Source: Vicinamibacterales bacterium (GTDB lineage Bacteria; Acidobacteriota; Vicinamibacteria; Vicinamibacterales; UBA8438). From it: a stretch of 64,000 nucleotides of DNA. Made by a program: the position numbers and the translations under genes. Each line of letters opens with the position of its first letter. Within the stretch, counting starts at the first letter, position 1. Positions 33,680-42,584 of this stretch are shown here, one piece after another. A model generated the notes under the pieces. The model was given only the letters and a program-made list of their open reading frames with translations, did not search any database and was not told the origin of the DNA. Location: NCBI GenBank assembly GCA_965249175.1, contig OZ252227.1, positions 2,556,900-2,620,899 of the forward strand. Reading direction: 5' to 3'.

Positions 33680-34658
33680 GCGTGCCGCGCGGTTGCCCGC
33701 GCTGCTGTCAACGCCCGGTCCCACTGTGGCTGTCGCGCTGGCCGTCGACGGCGTGACCGCCGTGCAGCTCGCGTGGAGTCGAAGTCGACCGACGATTACC
33801 GCTCACGCGAGGGTCGACCTGCCGGCCGGGGCGCTTGCGCCCGGAGTTGCCGCTCCGAATGTCGTGGATGCGAAGGCGGTCACGGACGCGCTCGGGCAGG
33901 CGCTCGGTCGGCTCCCGCGGCGCCCTTCGCGCGTGGCGCTGGTCGTGCCCGACAGCGCGGCAAAAGTCTCGTTGGTCCACTTCGACAAGGTCCCGTCGCG
34001 GACGACCGACCTCGAGCAGCTCATTCGGTGGCAGATGCGCAAGGCTGCACCGTTCCGGTTGGAGGACGCGCAGATCGCCTATTCGCCGGGCGCGGCGCTC
34101 GAGGGCGGCGGGCGCGAGTTCGTGATCACACTGATGCGGCGCGACGTCGTCGAGGAGTACGAGCGTGTATGCATGGCGGCGGGCGCGCACCCGGGGCTCA
34201 TTGACCTGGCGAGCTTCAACGTGATCAACGTGGCGCTGGCGGCGGCCAACGGGGCCGCTGCGTCCGACTGGCTGCTCGTGCATGTCGCAGCCGGATACAG
34301 CACGCTTGCGATCATCCGTGGTGGGGAGCTCATCTTCTTCCGGACTCGCCCGTCGGATGGTGACGGCAACCTCGCCGATCTCGCGCATCAGACCGCCATG
34401 TATTACCAGGACCGTCTGGGCGGTGGCGGGTTCGGTCGGGCGCTGCTCGCCGGTGAGCCGCAGTTGGAGGCCCCGGGCGGCGGTCCTGGAGCGGTACGGC
34501 GGGCGCTGGAAGAGCGGTTGGACACCGGTCTCGAGTCCATCGCGACGGTGATGCGCGCGCCGGTCAAGGATACGACCGGCGCCGATGCGGCGCTCCTCGA
34601 CGCGCTGGCTGCGCCGGTCGGGCTCCTCGTACGCGACCGTCTCGTGGCCGGGTCGTAG
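33672..34658 (+). CDS. pilM: PilM-like actin-fold assembly protein
   Basis: 328 aa. ALVVPDSAAKVSLVHFDKVP...LIRWQMRK is typical of PilM. It overlaps the pilB stop. Confidence 0.8.
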   Translation: MSRRAARLPALLSTPGPTVAVALAVDGVTAVQLAWSRSRPTITAHARVDLPAGALAPGVAAPNVVDAKAVTDALGQALGRLPRRPSRVALVVPDSAAKVSLVHFDKVPSRTTDLEQLIRWQMRKAAPFRLEDAQIAYSPGAALEGGGREFVITLMRRDVVEEYERVCMAAGAHPGLIDLASFNVINVALAAANGAAASDWLLVHVAAGYSTLAIIRGGELIFFRTRPSDGDGNLADLAHQTAMYYQDRLGGGGFGRALLAGEPQLEAPGGGPGAVRRALEERLDTGLESIATVMRAPVKDTTGADAALLDALAAPVGLLVRDRLVAGS

Positions 34659-34679
34659 CTGGTAGGGGTGGGGCACTCC

Positions 34680-35270
34680 ATGTTGACGACGAATCTCTCC
34701 ACGCGGCCGTTCTACAACGAGCGGGCCGTGCACCTCGCGCTCGCGGTGCTCGGGATCGCGGCGGTGAGCGTGCTGGCGGTGTGTGTCGTGTGGCTCGTCG
34801 ATCTGGCACGGTCCAACACCGCGCTGACGGCGACGGCCGATGAGAACGAGCGTGACGCGGCAGGTGTCGCGGCGCAGACGGCGACGATCCGTCGCGGGAT
34901 CGGCGACGCCGAGCTGGCGGAGCTGCGAGACGCCGCATCCGAGGCTAACCAACTCATCGACCAGCGGGTATTCTCCTGGACCGAGTTCTTCAACCGCATC
35001 GAGCGCACGCTGCCGGCGGACGTGATGCTCACTTCCGTCCGACCGGATCACGGCGAGTTCGGCGTCACCGTGTCGGTCGGGGTCATCGGGAAGAGCGTCG
35101 CCGACATCGACGAGTTCATCGAGCGACTGGAGGCCACCGGGGCGTTCGCCGACACGCTGGCGCGTCGAGAGGAAATCACGGAAGAGGGGACGTATCGCGC
35201 CGAGTTACGAGGACGATATCTTCCGGACAGGGGAGCGGCGCCGTTGCCGGAGACGGGGGGGGCGCCATGA
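34680..35270 (+). CDS. pilN: PilN-like bitopic assembly protein
   Basis: N-terminus MLTTNLSTRPFYNER followed by a TM segment. Confidence 0.8.
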   Translation: MLTTNLSTRPFYNERAVHLALAVLGIAAVSVLAVCVVWLVDLARSNTALTATADENERDAAGVAAQTATIRRGIGDAELAELRDAASEANQLIDQRVFSWTEFFNRIERTLPADVMLTSVRPDHGEFGVTVSVGVIGKSVADIDEFIERLEATGAFADTLARREEITEEGTYRAELRGRYLPDRGAAPLPETGGAP

Positions 35271-35842
35271 CGCTCGTGACCCGCGTCCTGCGCGAAAAGC
35301 GACTCCTGGTGTTGCTCGTCGTAGCGGCGATCGCCGTCGACGCGGGACTGTATGCCTTCGCCGTCTATCCGTGGTCGCTCAAGGTGCGAAACGCGGCGGA
35401 GCGGGCGGTGCGTGCGGAAGCGAGCCGCGACATGGTGCGGCAGAGCTTTGGCGCGGCCCAGGCAACGCTGGAAGGGAAGACGCAGGCGGATACCGAGCTG
35501 CGCCGGTTCTACGAGGAGATCCTGCCGCGGGACCTGGCGGGTGCGCGTGGGATCACGGCGCTGCGACTGGCCACCCTGGCAGCGGAGCACCACTTGATTC
35601 TGGAGCGCCGCAGTACGACGCCCGACCGTGATGACGACAGCCAGTTGGCGCGGCTGCGCATGACGATGCTCCTAGAGGGGGAGTATCGCAACATCCGGCA
35701 ATTCGTCTACGCGCTCGAGACCGCGCCGGAGTTCATCGTGATCGAAGAAATCGTGCTGAGCGAAGGGGAGGAGGACGACTCGGTGCAGGTGTTGACGCTC
35801 GGACTCGCCACCTACTATTGGGCCGAGCAGGATGTTTCGTAG
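35267..35842 (+). CDS. pilO: PilO/GspM-like bitopic assembly protein
   Basis: N-terminal TM segment, a coiled coil and a C-terminal ferredoxin-like region. There is a 4-nt overlap with pilN. Confidence 0.7.
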   Translation: MTLVTRVLREKRLLVLLVVAAIAVDAGLYAFAVYPWSLKVRNAAERAVRAEASRDMVRQSFGAAQATLEGKTQADTELRRFYEEILPRDLAGARGITALRLATLAAEHHLILERRSTTPDRDDDSQLARLRMTMLLEGEYRNIRQFVYALETAPEFIVIEEIVLSEGEEDDSVQVLTLGLATYYWAEQDVS

Positions 35843-36410
35843 GCGCCCGTTGGTCGTTGTCGCGTTGTTGCACGTCTTGGCACTCTCGGTTCCCGCCTGC
35901 CGGCCGCAGGCCCCGTCGCCCGGCGTGGGCGTCGGTGCTCCATCCGGGCCCGGCATGAATTCCCCCCAACCTGCCGATACATTGGACGGACAGTCTCTCG
36001 ACGTGCGGATCGAGGGGGTGACCGGCGACAAGCCGGCTGCGGCCGACGACCCGCGCAACCCGTTTCGCTTCGGCCCCGGAACACCGACCGGCGGCGAACG
36101 AGAGCCGGCCGACGTAGCGTTGACCCCGGTCCCGGCGGGGCGCGGTTCTGACGACCGCGTGCCGGCCGCACCGTCGCCCGGTGGCGCCCCTGTTGTGGGC
36201 GCGGGCGGTTTGACGTTCATCGGCGTCCTCGAGGCGCCGGAGAGCGTGGGTCTGATCGCGGTCCTGAGTGACGGCGATTACGTCTATCACGGGCGGGTCA
36301 ACGAGGTCATCGAGGGGCGGTATCGCATCGTTCGAATCGACGTCGCGTCGATAGAGATCGAGTTTCTGCAGGGTGGGGGCCGTCAGACGCTTCGGCTGGC
36401 GGGATCCTGA
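35832..36410 (+). CDS. PilP-like lipoprotein
   Basis: Signal peptide ending VPAC, a Pro/Gly-rich linker and a C-terminal beta domain (LTFIGVL...YVYHGRVNEVIEGRYRIVRI). Confidence 0.6.
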   Translation: MFRRRPLVVVALLHVLALSVPACRPQAPSPGVGVGAPSGPGMNSPQPADTLDGQSLDVRIEGVTGDKPAAADDPRNPFRFGPGTPTGGEREPADVALTPVPAGRGSDDRVPAAPSPGGAPVVGAGGLTFIGVLEAPESVGLIAVLSDGDYVYHGRVNEVIEGRYRIVRIDVASIEIEFLQGGGRQTLRLAGS

Positions 36411-36438
36411 CTCCTCACCCGGTCTGGAGCGAGCCACG

Positions 36439-38856
36439 GTGTGTCGTAGCGACTGGACCTCGGGTCTGTGCCGTCTGGGTGCCGTCTTGACGCTGGGCGG
36501 CGTGCTGGCGTCCGGGTGCGCTGCCGGTCAGGCGTTTCGCCAGGGCGAAACGGCCGCGCTGAACGGCGATTGGGACGCCGCCGTCGAGTACTACCAGCGT
36601 GCGATGCAGGAGGACCCGGATCACCCGGCGTACCGCATCGCGCTCGAGCGTGCAATGGTCACGGCGGGGCGAGTGCATTTTGCCGCTGCGCAGGATCGCG
36701 AGTCGCGTGACGATCTCACGGGGGCACTCCTGGAGTACAGACGCGCCAGCGAGCTTGACGCGTCGAATGGAATGGCCGCGGTCAAGGTCGCCGCCCTCGA
36801 GCGCGCCATTCGGGACCTCGTCGAGGCATCGCGCCCGCCGCCGCCCATTGAAGCTCTCCGGGCGCAGGCCCGGCTCGAAACGCAGCCCCCGCTGCTGAAC
36901 CCGGGCTCACGCGAGCCGTTGCGGCTCGCGTTCACGGATGCCAGTCTCCGCGACATTATGGACGCCCTCGGTGGCGCCAGCGGGATCAACGTCACCTACG
37001 ACGAACAGTTCCAGGACCGGTCCTACACGGTGGAGCTTGGCGGCGTGACCTTCGAGGAGGCGCTCGCTCAAATCCTGTCGGCCAACAGCTTTTTCTACAA
37101 GGTGGTCAACGACACGACCATCATCATCGTTCCCGATACGCCGCAAAAACGCGCGGCGTACGAGGAGCAGGTGATCCGCACGTTCTTCGTGTCGCACGCC
37201 ACCGTCGAAGAGCTCGTGCAGCTGTTGACCACGATTGTCCGCGTGCCCCAGATGGCCGTGCAACCCCAGTTCGTCGCGAACGCCCGGGCGAATACCATCA
37301 CTGTCCGCGCAACGACGGCCGTTGCGGGGGTGATCGAGAAGGTCATCGCCGCCAACGACAAACCGCTTGCCGAGGTCATCATCGACGTCGAGATTCTCGA
37401 GGTCAATCGAGAACGGGCGAAGCAGTTTGGCCTCGACCTGACGCAGTACGCCCTCGGCGCCGTGTTCTCCCCAGAGCTTGCGCCTCCGAACGAGTCGACG
37501 ACGCCGTCCGGCGTGTCGTCGCCGCCGCCGTTCAATCTCAACACGATCTCGCAGGGTGTCAGCACCGCCGATTTCTACATGTCGGTGCCGGCCGCGGTCG
37601 TCAGGTTCCTCGAGACCGACTCGCACACGACCCTCATTGCCAAGCCGCAGCTGCGGGGCCAGGAGGGCACCGAGCTCACCCTGAACCTGGGCGAGGAGAT
37701 CCCGGTGCCGGCGACCGCGTTTACCGCCATCGCCACTGGTGGCGCGGCCGTGAATCCGTTGACGTCGTTCAACTATCGTCCGGTTGGGGTCAACGTGGTG
37801 ATGACGCCGCGGGTCACGTATGAGAACGAGATCGTCCTCGATCTCGATGTCGAGAACAGCACGGTCGGTCCGAGCATCAACGTGGCGGGGTCGCTCCTGC
37901 CGACATTCGGTACGCGCCGGGTCGTCACGCGACTGCGTCTGCGTGACGGGGAATCGAATCTCCTGGCCGGGCTGTTGCGGGAGGAGGATCGCACGCTCCT
38001 GCGTGGCTTCCCAGGCATTCTGAACCTGCCGATCATCAAGCAGCTGTTTTCGGCGAACGACGAGTCCGTGCAGCAGACAGATATCGTCATGTTGCTGACC
38101 CCCCGGATTGTTCGCACGCACGAGATCACGCAGGAAGATCTCAGCCCGATTCACGTTGGCACGCAGCGCAACATCGGGCTGACCGGGCCACCGCCGCTGA
38201 TCGCGCCGGTACCTGAAGCCGGAACGCCAGATGCCGACGCCCCCGTGCCCCCGCTCGACGCCGAGACGCTCGAACCCGACGCCGCCGCCGCGGACGTCGA
38301 GCCCGAGACGCCCGCGGCTGTGGATGCCGCGACGGAACCGGCGACCGAGCCCGACGCGGTCGTTGATGACGTGCGCGACCTGCTCAGCGAGCCCGTGGAC
38401 ACCCCGGAGTTCCCGGAGCCGCCCCAGCCGCAACCGGTGGCCGGCACGCAGGTCCTCATCACGCCGCCCGGGCAGGAGTTCGCCGTGGGCGCCGGACCGT
38501 ATACGGTCCCCATCTCGGTGACGGGCGCATCACAGCTCTCGACGCTCACGCTGAGCGTGGCCTACAACCCGTCGGTGCTCCGTGTCAGCACGGTGCAAGA
38601 GGGGAGCTTCCTGCGTCAGGGCGGCACGGACGTAGCGTTCACCCAGCAGGTCGACGCGATCAACGGACGGATCGACCTCACGCTGTCCCGGGTCAACGAC
38701 CCCACGGGCGCGTCGGGCGCGGGTCTGCTGGCCGCCATCCTCTTCGAGCCGATCGCCCCCGGTACCACGCAGCTCTCGCTCAGCGGCATGGGACTGACCC
38801 CGGGCGGCGCCGCGCTGGCGCTCGACCTCGGGACCGCGACCGTCACTGCGCGATAG
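36439..38856 (+). CDS. Secretin (PilQ/GspD family) lipoprotein with N-terminal TPR and C-terminal cohesin-like domain
   Basis: Lipobox LASGC; TPR (AVEYYQRAMQEDPDHPAY); N0/N1-like domains; secretin core (VIIDVEILEVNRERAKQFGLDL ... DIVMLLTPRIV). These are followed by a ~110-aa acidic/Pro linker and a ~140-aa cohesin-like domain. The start is GTG 36439 (GGAG 9 nt upstream) or 36373. Confidence 0.88.
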   Translation: MCRSDWTSGLCRLGAVLTLGGVLASGCAAGQAFRQGETAALNGDWDAAVEYYQRAMQEDPDHPAYRIALERAMVTAGRVHFAAAQDRESRDDLTGALLEYRRASELDASNGMAAVKVAALERAIRDLVEASRPPPPIEALRAQARLETQPPLLNPGSREPLRLAFTDASLRDIMDALGGASGINVTYDEQFQDRSYTVELGGVTFEEALAQILSANSFFYKVVNDTTIIIVPDTPQKRAAYEEQVIRTFFVSHATVEELVQLLTTIVRVPQMAVQPQFVANARANTITVRATTAVAGVIEKVIAANDKPLAEVIIDVEILEVNRERAKQFGLDLTQYALGAVFSPELAPPNESTTPSGVSSPPPFNLNTISQGVSTADFYMSVPAAVVRFLETDSHTTLIAKPQLRGQEGTELTLNLGEEIPVPATAFTAIATGGAAVNPLTSFNYRPVGVNVVMTPRVTYENEIVLDLDVENSTVGPSINVAGSLLPTFGTRRVVTRLRLRDGESNLLAGLLREEDRTLLRGFPGILNLPIIKQLFSANDESVQQTDIVMLLTPRIVRTHEITQEDLSPIHVGTQRNIGLTGPPPLIAPVPEAGTPDADAPVPPLDAETLEPDAAAADVEPETPAAVDAATEPATEPDAVVDDVRDLLSEPVDTPEFPEPPQPQPVAGTQVLITPPGQEFAVGAGPYTVPISVTGASQLSTLTLSVAYNPSVLRVSTVQEGSFLRQGGTDVAFTQQVDAINGRIDLTLSRVNDPTGASGAGLLAAILFEPIAPGTTQLSLSGMGLTPGGAALALDLGTATVTAR

Positions 38857-38956
38857 CCCCTGATCGTCAGGCTGTGATTCGGACGGGCGGTCGCACCCGG
38901 CTGCTATGATGCCTACGGGGATGCCGCGTATACCGACCAGCGAGCACGTGTCGTGG

Positions 38957-39433
38957 ATGCGCCGGTTTCGTCGAGCGCGCGGGTATTCCCTCGTCGAGCT
39001 CCTCGTCGTCACGGTCATCATCCTGATCCTCGCATCCGCCATCGTGCCGCTGAGCCGGGTCACGATTCAGCGTCAGCGTGAGACAGACTTGCGTCGCTCT
39101 CTACGGGAGCTGCGCACCGCGATCGACGGGTACAAGGACGCGGTTGATCTCGGCGTGATCGGGGGGACAGCCGTTCAGGCCGGCAGCGAGGGGTATCCTC
39201 CGGACCTCGAGGCGCTCGTGGAGGGTGTCGAGAAGCTCAATGATGCGACAGGGACCAAGCTCCGGTTCCTGCGGCGCATTCCGATGGATCCCTTGACACG
39301 AGACCGCGAGTGGGGGCTTCGCTCGTATCAAGACGACCCCGACGCCAATTCGTGGGGCGGCGACAACGTCTACGACGTCTACACGCAGGCGAGGGGCACG
39401 GCGCTCGACGGGACGAGGTATCGGGATTGGTGA
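38957..39433 (+). CDS. GspG-type major pseudopilin (prepilin N-terminal methylation motif)
   Basis: RARG/YSLVELLVV with Glu+5. The C-terminus ...YDVYTQARGTALDGTRYRDW is T2SS-G-like. Confidence 0.85.
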   Translation: MRRFRRARGYSLVELLVVTVIILILASAIVPLSRVTIQRQRETDLRRSLRELRTAIDGYKDAVDLGVIGGTAVQAGSEGYPPDLEALVEGVEKLNDATGTKLRFLRRIPMDPLTRDREWGLRSYQDDPDANSWGGDNVYDVYTQARGTALDGTRYRDW

Positions 39434-39831
39434 GACGCCGCCGCCCGAGCGGCCACGGTGGCTGGACGCTGGTCGAGTTGACCATCGTGATGATGCTGAT
39501 CACGATTCTCGCCGGCATGGCGATGGCCGGGTACCAGTCGGCGATCGTCCGGTCGCGCGAGGCCGTACTGAAGGAAGACCTGTTTCGGATGCGCGACGCG
39601 CTCGACCAGTACTACGCCGACCGTGGGGAGTATCCGAGCGGTCTTGGCGGCCTCGTCAGCGAGGGGTATCTGCGCTCGGTCCCCGACGATCCATTCACGA
39701 ACTCCCCTGATACCTGGCAGACCGTGCTGGCAGACCTCGACCCGGCCAACCCGATCGCTCAAGGCGTTTTCGACGTCAAGAGCGGCTACGACGGGACCGC
39801 GCTCGACGGGACCCCGTATACGGACTGGTAG
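39430..39831 (+). CDS. GspG-type pseudopilin paralog
   Basis: GTG 39430 overlaps the upstream stop. GHGG/WTLVELTIV; the C-terminus is ...GYDGTALDGTPYTDW. Confidence 0.85.
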   Translation: MRRRRPSGHGGWTLVELTIVMMLITILAGMAMAGYQSAIVRSREAVLKEDLFRMRDALDQYYADRGEYPSGLGGLVSEGYLRSVPDDPFTNSPDTWQTVLADLDPANPIAQGVFDVKSGYDGTALDGTPYTDW

Positions 39832-40037
39832 CGGGGCCTGGTCACGTCCGTTCGCCTGGGTCTTCGCGCGGCCCCCCTGCCCGCGCGCCCCCTAGTCGGT
39901 AGCCTGCAGCGCACGTCGCCCTTCCGTCGAAGCGGCCGAGGGAGCAAGGATTGCAGGTCGGGAAGGGCGTGCTCGTCGCGGCGGGTCACGTGGCGAGCGT
40001 CACGTCCGCCGTCAGGCCTCGTCAGCGGGTGCCTCCG

Positions 40038-41801
40038 CTACGGGCGGACGGTGACGGAGGTCTCGGTAGAGGTGCTGGTGGCATCTATCGCCTTGGTCGC
40101 CGTGACCTTGACGATGAATGTCGTCGAACTCGGCAGGCCGGCCGCCGACGCGAACGTGTGGGTCGTGGTGTTGCTGCTCGTCGTCACAGCCGCGGTGCCG
40201 TCGCCGAAATCCCACACGTAGTCGCTGACAACAGTGGTCTGGGGGTTCACCTGCGCGGTGAACGTCACGAGGGTGGTGGCATCTGGTGAGGCCGGGCTGA
40301 AGGTCAAGGATACGGAGAAGACGCTCGGCGCGACCACCAAGGCAATCTGCGTCGAACCGGTGTCACCGTCGGTATTGGTCACGGTGACGCGTGGCAGCAC
40401 TTGTCCGGGCGTCGAATAGATGTGGGTCACGGTGTTGCCCGTGGTCGTCACGGACGTGCTTCCGCCGATATCACCGAACTCCCAGAAGTAGGTCGACACC
40501 GGCACCGTGCTGCCAGTCACGGCCGCAGTCAGTAGTACGACTTCATCTTCCGTTGCTGGTGACGGCGACGCCGTCAGGTTGACGTTGATCGGCGTCGATG
40601 GCTGGATGTTGATGTTGATGACGCCGGTTCCGGTGCTCTCGTCGGCGGCCGTGACGGTGACGCTCGCCGTCTTCAGCCCGCTCGATGTATAGACGTGGGT
40701 CGTGCTGTTGCCGTTCGTGGTGACGGTCGCGCCATCGCCGAAACTCCATGCGTATCGGTCAATCGTCGTGGTCCCGGACGTCGGCGTCGCGGTGGCGGTG
40801 AAGATGACCACCTCGTTGACCTGGAGTGTCCCGGATGTCGAGAGCGTGACATCAAGGGGTCCGGCACTCAGCACGACGACCGACGTCGATGTCGTGATCG
40901 ATTGACCTTCGGAGTCGACCACGGTGAGCGTCGCGACGTACGTTCCCGGTGAATCGTAGATGTGGCTGGGGGATGTGCTCCCGGTTGCGGCTCCGAGCGA
41001 CTGCGACTGGCCATCACCGAAGTCGAGCGTGACGGCGGTCACCGGATTACTGCCGGCGTTCACGGTCACGGAGAAGATGGTGGGCTGACCCGAGGTCGGT
41101 GTCGTCGACGTGACGCTGAGTGTCGCCGTCGGGGCAGCATCGACCTCGACCGTGGCCGTGGCGGTTTGGCCGCCCGCGTTGGCCGTGACCTCGGTTTGGC
41201 GGCTCGTCGTCAGGGTCGATTGCGCCTCCCCGTTCCCGTCCGTGATGTCGTTGGTAGCGGAGAGCGAGCCCGCTGACGCGGTGAATGACACCGGCACGCC
41301 GGGGAGGCTGTTCCCACTCGCATCGGTGACGATCGCCACCAGGTTCACGGAGCCCCCCGTCGCTGGGACGGTGCCGGGGGTGGCGTTCAGGAACACCGCC
41401 GCAGCGGCGGCGGCGCCAATCTGGATCATCACCGGCTCGGCGACCGCACCTCCCGAAATCGCGCCGACCTCCGCGGTTCCAGATTGGCCCCCGGAGCGCA
41501 GGCGGGCGGTCGCCGTGCCCCCCCTTGTTCGCCCCTCGACCGGGTCGAGCACACCGAGCGTGGTCGTGAACGTGACCAGGGTTCCGTTATGGACAGGCGT
41601 GCCGCTCTGCTCGACCAGGGTCGCGCTGATGGTGGCCTCTCCGTCTATTGGCAGGATGACCCGGTTCGTCGACACGACGATGGTCGACTCGGTGGGGGCC
41701 AGGAGCGGGACGCTCTCACAGGCCGCAGCCAGCAGCGCGGTGCTGGCGCAGAGCCCCGCAGCAAGCCGCATCCGATTCGTCGTCGTGAGCCGTGTTAACA
41801 T
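40038..41801 (-). CDS. Lipoprotein with Ig-like (Big) and at least four PKD repeats
   Basis: Lipobox LLAAAC. Repeated (W/L)xFGDG...THxY PKD signatures: YVWDFGDG, YFWEFGD, YAWSFGDG, LDFGDG. The likely start is at MRLAAGL (41771). Confidence 0.85.
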   Translation of the reverse strand: MLTRLTTTNRMRLAAGLCASTALLAAACESVPLLAPTESTIVVSTNRVILPIDGEATISATLVEQSGTPVHNGTLVTFTTTLGVLDPVEGRTRGGTATARLRSGGQSGTAEVGAISGGAVAEPVMIQIGAAAAAAVFLNATPGTVPATGGSVNLVAIVTDASGNSLPGVPVSFTASAGSLSATNDITDGNGEAQSTLTTSRQTEVTANAGGQTATATVEVDAAPTATLSVTSTTPTSGQPTIFSVTVNAGSNPVTAVTLDFGDGQSQSLGAATGSTSPSHIYDSPGTYVATLTVVDSEGQSITTSTSVVVLSAGPLDVTLSTSGTLQVNEVVIFTATATPTSGTTTIDRYAWSFGDGATVTTNGNSTTHVYTSSGLKTASVTVTAADESTGTGVININIQPSTPINVNLTASPSPATEDEVVLLTAAVTGSTVPVSTYFWEFGDIGGSTSVTTTGNTVTHIYSTPGQVLPRVTVTNTDGDTGSTQIALVVAPSVFSVSLTFSPASPDATTLVTFTAQVNPQTTVVSDYVWDFGDGTAAVTTSSNTTTHTFASAAGLPSSTTFIVKVTATKAIDATSTSTETSVTVRP

Positions 41802-41830
41802 GCCTAGAACAGGTTAACCATCTTATCGGC

Positions 41831-42577
41831 ATGTACTTAGACCATCAACAGGCCCTTCTCGGCGCTCGTGACCGCGGCTTCGCCATGGCGGGGCTGCTCG
41901 TGAGCCTCTCGGTCATGGGGTTGATGATGGCGATGGCGCTGCCTGTCTGGAGCACGGCCGCGAAGCGGGAGCGGGAGATCGAGCTCATCTTTCGAGGCGA
42001 GCAGTACGCACGGGCGATCGAGCTGTACCAGCGCAAGGTGGCCGGCGCGTTTCCCGCGGACCTCGACATGCTGGTCGAGCAGCGCTACCTCCGCCGGATC
42101 TACGAGGATCCGATGACCGAGGATGGGGAGTTTCAGCTCATTCTTCAGGCACAGATGGCGGCGGCTGGCGGGACGCCGGAGACTGCGGCCACACCGGGTC
42201 AACAAGTTGGTCGGACGCCCGAAACCGGAAGCAGCGGGGGTGATCGGCTGGCATTCGGCGAGATCGTCTCTGGCCCCGGCACTCCGACCGCCGGGGCGCA
42301 GGGCGGCATCGTCGGGGTGGTGAGCAAGAGCACAGAGGAAGGGCTCCGGCAGTACAACGGTCGCGAGCGGTACAACGAGTGGGTATTCATGCCGGTGCAA
42401 GCCGCGGCTCAGCCCGGTGGCGGGGCCGGTCAACCGGGCGCCCAACCGTTCGCGCAACCTGGCCAAGGCGGGGGCCTAGGTCAGGGATTCGGGACCGTTG
42501 GCACCGGCCAGCCGGGCACGAACCGATCCCCCGGCGCGGGCGGCGCCGGGGGTCGGAGCGGCGACTCGCCGCGCTGA
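41831..42577 (+). CDS. Atypical pseudopilin-like protein (prepilin-like N-terminus without Glu+5) with a Gly/Gln/Pro-rich tail
   Basis: DRG/FAMAGLLVSLSVMGLMMAMALP is followed by a GspG-like helix (REIELIFRGEQYARAIELYQ). The last ~80 aa are low complexity. Confidence 0.6.
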   Translation: MYLDHQQALLGARDRGFAMAGLLVSLSVMGLMMAMALPVWSTAAKREREIELIFRGEQYARAIELYQRKVAGAFPADLDMLVEQRYLRRIYEDPMTEDGEFQLILQAQMAAAGGTPETAATPGQQVGRTPETGSSGGDRLAFGEIVSGPGTPTAGAQGGIVGVVSKSTEEGLRQYNGRERYNEWVFMPVQAAAQPGGGAGQPGAQPFAQPGQGGGLGQGFGTVGTGQPGTNRSPGAGGAGGRSGDSPR

Positions 42578-42584
42578 CGGGCGG

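Noticed and set aside
36907-38433. 508-aa minus-strand ORF
   Set aside because: It is antisense to the secretin gene and is a shadow ORF.
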